DNA of 64,000 nt from the NCBI GenBank assembly GCA_017514105.1, contig JAFWKY010000015.1:20834-84833 (forward strand), in the 5' to 3' direction. Below the pieces are notes generated by a model that made no database searches, was not told the DNA's origin, and was given only the letters and a program-made list of their open reading frames with translations. This stretch comes from Candidatus Saccharimonadota bacterium. Its GTDB lineage: Bacteria > Patescibacteriota > Saccharimonadia > Saccharimonadales > Saccharimonadaceae. This document shows positions 39,277-49,244 of this stretch, piece after piece (the stretch's first letter is position 1; every line of letters begins with the position of its first letter). The position numbers and the translations under genes are program-made.

Positions 39277-40713
39277 CTATTCTCCTTTTTCAGTATATAG
39301 ATATATTATATCAGAATCTTCAGCCATTGGCGATGTAATTATTTGAGAAAGAGCGCATTTCCCAGATTCATCACGACCGCGCAAAATTGCAAGATTTGCA
39401 CACTGACCTTCTGTTATACTGTCTACCACCATCAGATTCGTAGATCCCTCCAAAATTTTGTAAAAATCGTAATTATCTTTCACGAGTAACACTTGTCCGT
39501 CCAACTTTTCCCGAATAATCGGTAAATCATAATAGAACTCCGTTGCTACACTTGGATTATAACGATAGCCATAAATATACTGCAGAAGCGCTGGAACAAT
39601 AATGATACCAAACAAGATGGACAACGGTATCGCTGCCGCCACCCGCGCATATGGATTTTCGGGAAAGAGTCCGTACCACTTTTCTAGAATATACTTCAGA
39701 CCGTGTGCCACTAATATAGATAGCGGCAAAATCAAGAATACGACCGCCCGTGGGTTAAATCCTGCAATAATCAACCCAAAAACAATCAAAAGCGATGCGA
39801 TAGAATTGCGTGAAGCAAAGAAGCCTTTAGTAGTTGAAAATAACCCAACTAGCGCCAAAGCAAAAATTGGTAGGCTGATTAGTGGAGCCAAGAACACACT
39901 CTCGTATGTTCCGCGCCAAGAAAACAGTGGTGTTAATCCGCTGCCGATATTTGGGAAAAACTGCGAGATTCCATAATTGGTAGCGAACAAAAGCTCCATA
40001 ATTGTATTTGGATGGTTCACGACATTCAATATCAACGCTGATATTCCACCAACGACCAATATACCCGTCAAAGCAAGCGGTAATTTTGGTAAACTTCTGA
40101 CGATAAAACGTAGATGCGGTTGCAAAAACACGAAGAATACGCAAAATATCGCAAAATATATCATATAGGGCGTAAAAATCGCAAAGAGCAATGCAATTGC
40201 GAACAAGAAACAATATGATGGTTTTGGTCGCTTTTCACCTTGAATTTTGGAACCGAGCCAGAGTAGTAATGTTGGCCAAAAGACTAACATGATGAGAGGC
40301 GTACCAGAACCAGCCAAGAACAAAAATGGAGTAGACAATACAACTAGACACGAAGCAAGCAACGAAACATTGCTTTTAAACCAACGGTTGAGCAACAAAA
40401 TCAGCAATAGCCCAAGCAATAACCCGACAATAATACTGGGTAGTTTTATCGCATATGGCGTTAAACCAAGCAACATAATTGAAATCTTTTGCAATGCGCG
40501 ATAAGGTAAATCTACCAAGTCTCCATTAAGTGGCGCATCCATGCTCAATCGATAAGATCTCGTGGCCGACTCCATTTCGGCTTCAGATAAACCATACTGC
40601 GCAATAATCGGCAATGAAAATAGCAATGCTACAAAAGATAATCCCAAAATAACATAACCAATAATAAAACGGTATTTATATAAAAAGAGTTTAGAAATAA
40701 TAACTTTCTTCAC
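39277..40713 (-). CDS. GT-C (ArnT/PMT-like) membrane glycosyltransferase-like protein
   Basis: Multi-TM; early acidic loop, LPY, AIKLPSII; GTG start with TATAAT upstream. Confidence 0.55.
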   Translation of the reverse strand: MKKVIISKLFLYKYRFIIGYVILGLSFVALLFSLPIIAQYGLSEAEMESATRSYRLSMDAPLNGDLVDLPYRALQKISIMLLGLTPYAIKLPSIIVGLLLGLLLILLLNRWFKSNVSLLASCLVVLSTPFLFLAGSGTPLIMLVFWPTLLLWLGSKIQGEKRPKPSYCFLFAIALLFAIFTPYMIYFAIFCVFFVFLQPHLRFIVRSLPKLPLALTGILVVGGISALILNVVNHPNTIMELLFATNYGISQFFPNIGSGLTPLFSWRGTYESVFLAPLISLPIFALALVGLFSTTKGFFASRNSIASLLIVFGLIIAGFNPRAVVFLILPLSILVAHGLKYILEKWYGLFPENPYARVAAAIPLSILFGIIIVPALLQYIYGYRYNPSVATEFYYDLPIIREKLDGQVLLVKDNYDFYKILEGSTNLMVVDSITEGQCANLAILRGRDESGKCALSQIITSPMAEDSDIIYLYTEKGE

Positions 40714-40726
40714 AAGTCTTATTATA

Positions 40727-42097
40727 TTATTCTTCTCGTGTTTTGTCCAGCGACATAAAACGTAGCAGTTCTGGATGGAAGTAAAGTTCAATTTTTCCAA
40801 CCGCGCCGTGACGGTGTTTGGCGATTAGTAGTTCGGTAATATGCGTTTCTTCATAGTTATCATCATTCTGACGATAGTAATCTGGACGGTGCAAAAACAT
40901 TACAAGGTCAGCATCTTGCTCAATGGAACCAGATTCACGAAGGTCAGAAAGCACCGGTCGTGGATCGTCGCGTCCTGTTACTCCACGAGATAACTGCGCT
41001 AGTGCAACTACTGGTATCTCCAATTCGCGAGCCAAGATTTTGAGCCCACGCGAAATTTCGGTGACTTCCTGTACACGATTTCCTTTGTAACGATCACTTC
41101 CCTGAATCAACTGCAAATAATCTACGATTACTACGCCAATGTCATGGTCGTGCTTTGCTCTACGCGCTTTGTTGCGCAGTTCCATAATCGTCATTGAACT
41201 CGTATCGTCAATATAGATTGGTATTTCGTCCATTTCCGCCATCGCATCACCAATACGCGCGAATTCTTCGTCCGTAACATTGCCAGTGCGAATGTTCCAG
41301 TTATTTACGCCAGATACATCCGAAATCATACGGTCGACGATTTCATTCGCGCCCATCTCCATTGAGAAAAATAGCACACCACGTTTGTTGATGCTTGCGA
41401 TATTGTAGGCGATATTTTGAGCGAATGTCGTTTTACCCATTGCTGGACGTGCGCCGATAATCACCAAATCGCCCTTCTGTAAGCCGGCTGTTTTTTTGTC
41501 TAAGTCGCGAAAGCCAGTCTTAAGTCCACGAAGAGCACCTTTGTTCTTTTGTAATTCTTCAATTCGGTCAAAAGCATCAGCCAGTAACTGGTCAATCGGC
41601 GTATAATCGCTCTTAACAATTTTGTCAGACACCTCAAAAAGTTGTTTTTCGGCCGCACCAATCAACTCTGTGGCTTCGGCATCGTCTTCATAGGCCTTTT
41701 CGGCAATTTCGGTACCGGCTTTGATTAATTTGCGACGCGTGGAAGTCTTTTCTACTATTTCGGCGTAGGCCTTTGCGTGCGAAGCTGCTGGCACAAAATT
41801 AGAAAGTTCCGTCAAATATGGCGCTCCGCCAATATCCTTGAGTTTCTTGGTGGTTTTTAGTTCTGAAGTTAGCGTCAAAAGGTCTACCGGCTTGTGTTGA
41901 TCGTAAAGATCGCTCATCGCCTTAAAAATCGCGCGATGTCTCTCGTCGTAAAAATCATCAGGTCGGATAATTGTCAGGACTTCCGGCAAAATACCATCCG
42001 AAATCAAAATCGCACCCAGCAAAGATTTTTCCGCCACTACGTCTTGCGGTGGCGTTCTGCCGTCTTTGGGTTTAGAACGGGTTGTTTCCTCCATCAT
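40727..42097 (-). CDS. dnaB: Replicative DNA helicase
   Basis: ARPAMGKT, FSMEM, VDYLQL, DLRESGSIEQDAD. Confidence 0.95.
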   Translation of the reverse strand: MMEETTRSKPKDGRTPPQDVVAEKSLLGAILISDGILPEVLTIIRPDDFYDERHRAIFKAMSDLYDQHKPVDLLTLTSELKTTKKLKDIGGAPYLTELSNFVPAASHAKAYAEIVEKTSTRRKLIKAGTEIAEKAYEDDAEATELIGAAEKQLFEVSDKIVKSDYTPIDQLLADAFDRIEELQKNKGALRGLKTGFRDLDKKTAGLQKGDLVIIGARPAMGKTTFAQNIAYNIASINKRGVLFFSMEMGANEIVDRMISDVSGVNNWNIRTGNVTDEEFARIGDAMAEMDEIPIYIDDTSSMTIMELRNKARRAKHDHDIGVVIVDYLQLIQGSDRYKGNRVQEVTEISRGLKILARELEIPVVALAQLSRGVTGRDDPRPVLSDLRESGSIEQDADLVMFLHRPDYYRQNDDNYEETHITELLIAKHRHGAVGKIELYFHPELLRFMSLDKTREE

Positions 42098-43400
42098 TTA
42101 TTACCTCACCACCCATTATACCAGAAATTTTTGAAAGTAGCGGGTCTTCCTTCGCGGCAGAATTTGGTTTCTCGCCGACATTGTGGATAACGACCTTTAG
42201 TCCATTGGCTGCATCAATTAAAATCTTTTTGTTATTGTCGCGCGACAAAATAGTTCGGACAATGTTTCTACTAGGATAAATATGCAATTCACTGCTCGTT
42301 ATTTCAATGGCACACTTTTTCACTTGTGCGCCAATTGCATCATTTAGAGCGTCTACCGCAGTAATGAAACCATCTAGATTAAAGTCTTTTGCTTTCGGTT
42401 CTGGTGCAGACGGCTGAGCAGTTTGCTGCTTGGGCGCGACAGAACTCTGCGCGGCGGGCGCCTTTTGTACTGATGAGGTTCCGGCGCATAGTGCAACAAG
42501 TAGTTTTGCTTCAGCAAATGGAGATTTTATTTCTGGTAATTTCGCAAGTAACGGCATCAACTCTGGTTTTGGCTCTGCTAGAATCTGCGAAATCATTTCT
42601 TCTGCGATAGTCTCTGGCTTTACTCCAGAATTCAATAATTCTTTCAATACGTCAGAAATTCCAGATAAGTCACCAGAAACATATTGCTCAAGTAGTTCTG
42701 TAATTTTTTCATCTTGAGGCAACCCCATCACGCCCACTACGGTCTCTTTAGTTATTTCGTCATCAGAAAGTGTGGAGATTTGATCAAGTAGAGAAAGCGT
42801 ATCGCGATATGAGCCACCTCCTCTACGCACAATGACTTGGAGTGCGTCGTCGGTAATTTTTATTTTTTCTTTTTGGACGATCTTTTTTATGTAATCGAAC
42901 ATTACTTGTGGCGTAGCCAATTTGAATGTGTAGGTCTGAGCACGCGAGGTAATTGTAACTGGTACTTTATATGCATCAGTTGTGGCCATAATAAATATGG
43001 CATGTTCTGGTGGCTCCTCCAAAGTTTTGAGTAAAGCATTGAATGCCTCCTTCGTTAGCATGTGTACTTCGTCAATAATATAGACTTTATATTTGCCGCT
43101 GGTCGGAGCAATCGCAACTTTTTCACGCAGTTCACGGATATTATCAATGCCACGATTGGATGCCCCATCAATCTCGATAATATCTACATAATCATCTTCA
43201 ATGTTATACTCAAACCCATTTACTTCGTGCGCCAGAATTCTGGCCACCGAGGTCTTGCCGCACCCACGCGGCCCCACGAACAAGTAAGCATGAGAAATCT
43301 TACCCTGACCGATAGAATTAGCGAGAGGCTTCGTTACTTGTTCCTGACCAATAACATCAGCAAGTTTAGTCGGCCTGTATGTCCGATAGAGAGCTTTCAT
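42072..43400 (-). CDS. dnaX: DNA polymerase III gamma/tau
   Basis: LYRTYRP, GPRGCGKTS, IIDEVHML, LKTLEEPP. Confidence 0.95.
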   Translation of the reverse strand: MKALYRTYRPTKLADVIGQEQVTKPLANSIGQGKISHAYLFVGPRGCGKTSVARILAHEVNGFEYNIEDDYVDIIEIDGASNRGIDNIRELREKVAIAPTSGKYKVYIIDEVHMLTKEAFNALLKTLEEPPEHAIFIMATTDAYKVPVTITSRAQTYTFKLATPQVMFDYIKKIVQKEKIKITDDALQVIVRRGGGSYRDTLSLLDQISTLSDDEITKETVVGVMGLPQDEKITELLEQYVSGDLSGISDVLKELLNSGVKPETIAEEMISQILAEPKPELMPLLAKLPEIKSPFAEAKLLVALCAGTSSVQKAPAAQSSVAPKQQTAQPSAPEPKAKDFNLDGFITAVDALNDAIGAQVKKCAIEITSSELHIYPSRNIVRTILSRDNNKKILIDAANGLKVVIHNVGEKPNSAAKEDPLLSKISGIMGGEVINDGGNNPF

Positions 43401-43419
43401 ATATTTATTATAGCACTAT

Positions 43420-43941
43420 TTATAGAGCGGCTTCAACCGCGGCCCATGTAGCATCGTCATTATTGGCCGGAATAGTTACAGAAACTTGCGAGCCTTTGCG
43501 AAGATGGAAGTAAGTAACGGAGGCATACAAAATCTGATACTCGCGACCCGCTACTTCTACATAGTATTTATCATCATGATATGTCAAAGTTCCAATCACG
43601 GTCTTGCGCTCCACTGGACCGATTTGCTTGTACAAGAATTTGCCGTCCTCCGTAATGGTGAGTTTCATAATATCGCCCTCAACCAACTTGGACTTCGAAG
43701 CGTAGTTGGCTGGAACAGGATAATTCTTACCGTCCGGGCCTATCATAATCTGACCATCAAAAATTCCTTCAATAATCTTGCCATCCGCAGTCGGTATAAC
43801 GCTATCACGTGGAGCAACGATCGTCTCGCCGTCACCTAAAATAGATACTAATAATTCTTTTGCAGCAGAAAGGTTAGTCTCGGCTTCACCAATCAAGCTG
43901 CGTAAACGTTTTATTTGTTTTTCTGGTATTTCAGACATCAC
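43420..43941 (-). CDS. Conserved hypothetical protein
   Basis: EGIFDG, YPVPANYASKSKLVEGD, YKQI; resembles a CPR-conserved family from memory, unverified. Confidence 0.7.
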   Translation of the reverse strand: MMSEIPEKQIKRLRSLIGEAETNLSAAKELLVSILGDGETIVAPRDSVIPTADGKIIEGIFDGQIMIGPDGKNYPVPANYASKSKLVEGDIMKLTITEDGKFLYKQIGPVERKTVIGTLTYHDDKYYVEVAGREYQILYASVTYFHLRKGSQVSVTIPANNDDATWAAVEAAL

Positions 43942-44084
43942 CTCGCATCCTGTCTAAATATAGTATTAATATTATATTATATCCGATAGCCCGTAAAGTC
44001 AAGAACTTTTTATGAAAGTTTTCCACCAAATTAACAGCGGTAAAGCCAAAAGTGTTGTAAATTTAACATTTTAAGCCTAAGCGG

Positions 44085-45134
44085 TTACGCAGACTTCCAG
44101 AGACCTGTATGCTTTTTGCCGTCATAAATAGTCGTTGGAATACCCTTGGCATGCAACTGATTTTCTACAATTTCACGATTCTGCTGCATCTTGTCGGCTA
44201 TTTCCGGATAATCTGCGATTTTACGAACTTCCGCAACTGCCTCATCATCGAAGTCTAACTCTTTCAGCCATTGCTCCAATTTTGCTCTCGCTTGCTCTTC
44301 TGAGTAATCTTCATTAAACATTGTTTGATAAGAATAGCCATCATGATTTTTGCGAGTAAAGATATAATCTAGCAATTTTATTGCAACGCCGCTCCTGACT
44401 TGTTCCACAGCAAACATATATTTAACAACGAGTGCAGAGTTTTTGAATTTGTAATTGCCATCCGCATCTTGAATCGCGTAAGGAACAATGCGTACGGAAT
44501 AATTTTCAAATACGCCTGCTTCGTGTTGGTTCTTGTATGAAGTCAAACAGACCGCACAACCTGGATCTAGAATATCTACCAGAATCGGTTTTTCTGTGAC
44601 ATCAGGATTTGCGGTAACATAATTAAAATCATAATCTTCGGCCTTATAAGTTTTGAACTTATCTGGTATCGCCTCAATAATCTCTGGCCACTCAGTAAAC
44701 CATCTACCGATTCCTCCCCAAAAACTGTCGGGCTCTTCTTCGTCAATTGAACAGACTTCAGCGCCAAAAGAGCAAGCGGCAGGTTTTGTTACATTGCACG
44801 TGCCGAGAGCCCAGAGTGCTAGAAGTGACTTAATTGCGGTCAAAATCGCCCAGACTGCAATCACTACAATTATCACTGAAACGATTTCTATCACCACCGA
44901 CAGCGGCTTCACCCACTTTGGATGTTTTACGATAACGCGACTAAGAATGGTATTTTTGACATCTTCTTTAAAGCCTGTTTCGCATTTCTGCAAACGCACT
45001 TTCTTCCACAGGCACCCCCAAGACTTCTTGAAAATTTTTAAGTACTTTTTCCCTACTTCTGGCTTAAAAAGCGAAATGATAGCGACAAATACGCCAATTA
45101 GAGCCAATATAATAAACGCTGCAATACACACCAT
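44085..45134 (-). CDS. Membrane-anchored thioredoxin/DsbA-fold protein
   Basis: Two TM helices, DPGCAVC (CxxC) and GIPT cis-Pro motif. Confidence 0.65.
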   Translation of the reverse strand: MVCIAAFIILALIGVFVAIISLFKPEVGKKYLKIFKKSWGCLWKKVRLQKCETGFKEDVKNTILSRVIVKHPKWVKPLSVVIEIVSVIIVVIAVWAILTAIKSLLALWALGTCNVTKPAACSFGAEVCSIDEEEPDSFWGGIGRWFTEWPEIIEAIPDKFKTYKAEDYDFNYVTANPDVTEKPILVDILDPGCAVCLTSYKNQHEAGVFENYSVRIVPYAIQDADGNYKFKNSALVVKYMFAVEQVRSGVAIKLLDYIFTRKNHDGYSYQTMFNEDYSEEQARAKLEQWLKELDFDDEAVAEVRKIADYPEIADKMQQNREIVENQLHAKGIPTTIYDGKKHTGLWKSA

Positions 45135-45197
45135 AATAAATCCATTTTAACATAAAAACTATTTTTTGTATATTTAAAAAGTATGTTATAATTAAAA

Positions 45198-45345
45198 TGC
45201 TACATACAAATAATTTACTAAAAGTGGACTTTTGCTTTTGCGAAAGCGCGCTCGACGATAAACTTGGCACCGTAAGGAACCTCATCGTTGAGCCACTTTG
45301 GTAAAATGTTTGTGTGTAGCACCTTGCGGTGCCAATTTTGTATTT
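45198..45345 (+). promoter_or_regulatory. Structured 5' leader (pseudoknot-like), copy 2
   Basis: Pairings 45198-45210/45309-45321, 45264-45277/45322-45335 and 45251-45259/45284-45292, each with a G-U wobble. Confidence 0.7.
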
Positions 45346-45388
45346 ACAACATTTGCGCCGACAAAAAAATAAGACGAAGTGAGGTCAA

Positions 45389-46729
45389 ATGCAAATCATA
45401 CATACAAAAAAATACAGACTAACACTACATATAATATATAGTGCCATATTATTATTCTTCGCTTTCCTGGTTATCCTATTAACAAATAATGACACCCATG
45501 CAGAACAGTTAGATTTTTCTGTGAATATCAAGCCAGTACTCAAAGTCACAATTCCGTCTGACACTGTGATTTTAGACGTTAACCCTACTTCATCCGGAGT
45601 ATTCGCCACCCAAGATTTGTCTGTCAAAGTCGGCAGCAATTATTCTCATGGTTATAAATTATATATGGACGCTAACGGCACAGAACTAGTCAATTCTACC
45701 ACGAGCGACACCATTGCTACCTTACCAAACAATGCATCAGGCTACACGGAAAATGATTTTATTGTAAATAAATGGGGATACAAGTTACCATCCACGAACT
45801 ATCTGCCTTTTGTCAGTCATTCTGAAATTCTTTCAAACACAACACCAACCAATGAAGATTCTACTACGGTTACTTTTGCTGCAAAGGTTGACGTAACTCA
45901 GCCGGCGGGTTCGTATGAGCTGACGTTAAATTTCGTTGCTATTCCTACCTATCAGGATCCTACTATCAGCGATATGTATTACATGCAAGATTTCGCGCAC
46001 CTGACTGACACACAAAAAGCCGGAGTATTGGCCTCCATGACGGAAGAAGAAGCCTACACTTTATACGATATTCGTGACGAGGAAGATTACAAAGTGTCCA
46101 AATTAAAAGATGGTAATGTCTGGATGCTGGATAATTTGAGATTTAGCGACTCAAATTATATAATGACGGAATATGATACGAATATTGCTCCAGGCACTAC
46201 TTGGAAATTTCCGCACTCCAGCGGAGAGTGGGCAGAGAGTTGTACTGAAGCTTATATAAATGCGGATGGCAAAAATGAAGTTATCGCTCATTCAGGTAAA
46301 GGCGAAGGAAAAGCAGGAACGTATTATAACTTTTGTGCAGCAAGTTCTGGGACGTATTGCTATGACGAAAAAAATGGTGCTAGTGGCACGGAATATGATG
46401 TGTGCCCAGCCAGTTGGAGAATCCCCACTGGTTTAGATTCGGGCGAATATTTAGGACTTTGCAACTCAATAAACGGCGAAACATGTAATCCATGGGCTAT
46501 AGCCAGCGAGACATTTGAGAAATACGAAAGAGCATTGTCTACGACTTTAGCAGGTTTTATATATAATGGATTACTAAATGCCAAAGGCAGTGGCGGATGG
46601 TTTTGGGCATCCACTCCGGATTCTGGAAATATGGCTGCAATGACAGTGAATACTTCAACGTTATCGCCAGTTGCTAGTTTTGGCCGCATGAACGGATTCT
46701 CGCTTAGATGCATTATGGCGTCTGAATGA
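45389..46729 (+). CDS. Secreted/surface FISUMP-domain protein, paralog of 4098-5630
   Basis: Shared N-terminal domain (VNIKP..VTIP, QDLSV.VG.N, WGY.L.STNYLPF); WMLDNL, CPASWRIP, FWAST, GFSLRC. Confidence 0.8.
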   Translation: MQIIHTKKYRLTLHIIYSAILLFFAFLVILLTNNDTHAEQLDFSVNIKPVLKVTIPSDTVILDVNPTSSGVFATQDLSVKVGSNYSHGYKLYMDANGTELVNSTTSDTIATLPNNASGYTENDFIVNKWGYKLPSTNYLPFVSHSEILSNTTPTNEDSTTVTFAAKVDVTQPAGSYELTLNFVAIPTYQDPTISDMYYMQDFAHLTDTQKAGVLASMTEEEAYTLYDIRDEEDYKVSKLKDGNVWMLDNLRFSDSNYIMTEYDTNIAPGTTWKFPHSSGEWAESCTEAYINADGKNEVIAHSGKGEGKAGTYYNFCAASSGTYCYDEKNGASGTEYDVCPASWRIPTGLDSGEYLGLCNSINGETCNPWAIASETFEKYERALSTTLAGFIYNGLLNAKGSGGWFWASTPDSGNMAAMTVNTSTLSPVASFGRMNGFSLRCIMASE

Positions 46730-46737
46730 TTTCCGTA

Positions 46738-46912
46738 TTTAATCTCTAAACTGTAATTTTTCTAAGCGTAAAATAGCCTCGCCGACAGTCATAATTACAA
46801 CAATTACGGAACGAGTACGAAACTGTAATTTCGGCGCAGTTCCGCCTAATTGTTGTAATTATGACGATCGCGAGAGGCGTAAGGCTTAGAAAATTATAGT
46901 TTAGAGATTAAA
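46738..46912. repeat. ~175-nt imperfect palindrome between convergent genes
   Basis: tttaatctctaaactgtaatttttctaagc / gcttagaaaattatagtttagagattaaa, inner gtcataattacaacaatta / taattgttgtaattatgac. Confidence 0.8.
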
Positions 46913-46923
46913 ATCGCGATAGT

Positions 46924-48087
46924 TTAATCGACTATCTTCCCCATCACCTTTTTTACCTTCTCAATGTCTGAAGGTCTGGTTTGGAAACCGAGCGAAAATC
47001 GCACCAGTGGCGGCAATCCCAAGACATGATCCAGGTAATAATGTGCACAGAAATACCCAGTTCTCGCCATGATATCTTCACGCGACAAAGCCTCACCCAA
47101 GAGATGCGAATCGAGCCCATCAACATAGAACGACATCGTTGGGTTCGCCTCGTGGTTTACCATGTGAACTTTTGGCGATGCACTCAAAAACTCATACAAT
47201 TCTTCAGCGTTATTCGAAAGATTTTTCCATTCTGATTTTGGCAGTTTATTAATCCAGTCAATCGCTGCGCCTAGTGCAACGATTTCTCCCCAGGCTTGTA
47301 GCCCAGATTCAAAACGCGTGTAACGATGTTCTTTCCCCTCTGCAGATGCAACATATCTGTTGAGTTCAACATCGTCTACCATTCCACCACCGACGAATCC
47401 ATACGTCATTTTCTCAAGTAAATCATCGCGCCAGACGATTACGCCAAGTGAGGCAGAATATAGTTTATGCGCTGAGAAGCAAATTGCATCTGCCTCTACA
47501 CCGCGCAGCACGTCGGCTGAATGTGCCATCGCCTGCGCAGCATCAATGATCAAAATACCGCCAGCCTTGTGTACGGCTTTACATAACTCGGATATATTGG
47601 ATAACTTTCGTCCGTCAAAATTAGAGGCGCAATTTACCACCACGACGGCGCCATCAAAATCATAATCAGACACCGGAATTGAGCCATCTTCATTCCGTTT
47701 CATGACTTCACGCGGTAGTCCTGTCCTTTCGCTAAACGCCATTGTCGCGAGAAACGGCGAATTATGCTCAATCTCGCTCGTCATTACCTTTTTGAAGTAA
47801 TCAGCGCATAGTTGTGACAAAATCAAATTAATTCCGTAAGTCGTATTTAACGTGAACGAACAGGTGTATTTGCGCGGCGATAACTTTACGAACTTTAGCA
47901 CCTTTTCGCGCGTTTCCTCCACTTTCTCGTCGGTCACCCGACCCCATTTGTATTTGACGCGCTCACCGCAAGAATTATGTTCGGTATAGTATTTGTTTAA
48001 TGCGTCGATTACTGGACGCGGACGAAGACTCTGGCAGGCTCCGTCTAGATATACTTCCCCCTCACCTAAATAGTCAAAATCATTCAT
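46924..48087 (-). CDS. Class-V PLP aminotransferase (SufS/CsdA-like)
   Basis: YLDGA, EHNS, DAAQ, SAHK, RTGYFCA. Confidence 0.8.
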   Translation of the reverse strand: MNDFDYLGEGEVYLDGACQSLRPRPVIDALNKYYTEHNSCGERVKYKWGRVTDEKVEETREKVLKFVKLSPRKYTCSFTLNTTYGINLILSQLCADYFKKVMTSEIEHNSPFLATMAFSERTGLPREVMKRNEDGSIPVSDYDFDGAVVVVNCASNFDGRKLSNISELCKAVHKAGGILIIDAAQAMAHSADVLRGVEADAICFSAHKLYSASLGVIVWRDDLLEKMTYGFVGGGMVDDVELNRYVASAEGKEHRYTRFESGLQAWGEIVALGAAIDWINKLPKSEWKNLSNNAEELYEFLSASPKVHMVNHEANPTMSFYVDGLDSHLLGEALSREDIMARTGYFCAHYYLDHVLGLPPLVRFSLGFQTRPSDIEKVKKVMGKIVD

Positions 48088-48130
48088 AACTTGATTATAT
48101 CATACAAGTATGCTATAATGGAATAAGTTA

Positions 48131-48173
48131 CCAAAGACAGTGGCGGTGTTTTCACTTAATCATGCCACCGAGG
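48131..48173 (+). promoter_or_regulatory. Ribosomal protein L10 leader
   Basis: CCAAAGACAGTGGC...TTAA...GCCACCGAGG matches the L10-leader pattern, upstream of rplJ. Confidence 0.75.
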
Positions 48174-48252
48174 AAAAAAATCTTGTATTTATTTGGTGAC
48201 GAAAATTAACAATTAGCTAATTTTCAATATTAATTAACCAAAGGAACTTTTT

Positions 48253-48753
48253 ATGGCAATTTCAAAGGATAAAAAGAACACATTGGTTGCAGATCTTACC
48301 GAGCTTCTCAAAGATTCCAAGATGGTAGTCTATGCCAAATATCAAGGCCTCACCGTCAAAGAATTAGAAGAACTCCGTCGCTCAGCTCGCGAAGCTGGCG
48401 TTAAGATTAAAGTCGTCAAGAACCGTCTTGTCAAAGTTGCGATGAAAGAAATCGCCGCTTACAAAGACACCGACGCATCTAATCTTACCGGCCAACTTCT
48501 CTACGCTTTGGGTACCGATGAAGATTTTGACGCTGCGAAGGTATTGACCAAATTCGCCAAAACTCATGACCAAATGGAGTTGATTGGTGGTTTTAATGCC
48601 GAAGGCGAAAATCTCTCTACCGACGAAGTCAAAACTCTCGGCTCTCTTCCTACCAAGAACGAACTCATTGCCCAGGTTGTGGATACTCTCCTCTCTGGCG
48701 TCAATGGCATAGTTTCTGGCTTGGAAAAGCACGCAGAAGAAGCAACCAAATAA
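48253..48753 (+). CDS. rplJ: 50S ribosomal protein L10
   Basis: YQGLTV, VVKNRL, LPTKNEL. Confidence 0.95.
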   Translation: MAISKDKKNTLVADLTELLKDSKMVVYAKYQGLTVKELEELRRSAREAGVKIKVVKNRLVKVAMKEIAAYKDTDASNLTGQLLYALGTDEDFDAAKVLTKFAKTHDQMELIGGFNAEGENLSTDEVKTLGSLPTKNELIAQVVDTLLSGVNGIVSGLEKHAEEATK

Positions 48754-48777
48754 TTAACGAAAGGATATTAAATTATT

Positions 48778-49152
48778 ATGGCAACTGATATTAAAAAGTT
48801 GGCCGAAGAGCTCGTCAATATGACCGTGCTTGAGGTTAACGAACTCAAAACTGTTTTGAAAGATGAATATGGCATTGAGCCAGTTGCAGCTGTCGCTGTA
48901 GCTGCTGGCGGTGCCGATGGCGCTGCAGCCGCTGACGAAAAGTCTGAATATGACGTCGTCTTGAAGGATGCGGGTGCTCAAAAGATTGCAGTCATTAAGG
49001 CTGTAAAGGAAGCAACCGGACTTGGTCTTGGCGAAGCTAAGGCTATCGTTGACGGTGCTCCAGCTACCGTTAAGGAAAAGGTCGCTAAGACCGATGCTGA
49101 GGCTATGAAGAAATCCCTCGAAGAAGCCGGCGCAACCGTAGAACTCGCTTAA
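48778..49152 (+). CDS. rplL: 50S ribosomal protein L7/L12
   Basis: [22 protein letters not shown]. Confidence 0.97.
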   Translation: MATDIKKLAEELVNMTVLEVNELKTVLKDEYGIEPVAAVAVAAGGADGAAAADEKSEYDVVLKDAGAQKIAVIKAVKEATGLGLGEAKAIVDGAPATVKEKVAKTDAEAMKKSLEEAGATVELA

Positions 49153-49181
49153 TTCAAGCAAGAAGTTAGCTAATTGTTACC

Positions 49182-49208
49182 AAATCCACTCCAAAAGAGT
49201 GGATTTTT
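49182..49208 (+). terminator. Terminator after rplL
   Basis: aaatccactc-caaaa-gagtggattttt. Confidence 0.6.
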
Positions 49209-49244
49209 GGTTTGAAGACAAGAAAAAGCCCGCTTTGTTGCGGG

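Noticed and set aside
46550-46729. DGR variable region in the second FISUMP paralog
   Set aside because: Lacks the NNC codon bias and has no nucleotide-level similarity to 4098-4274
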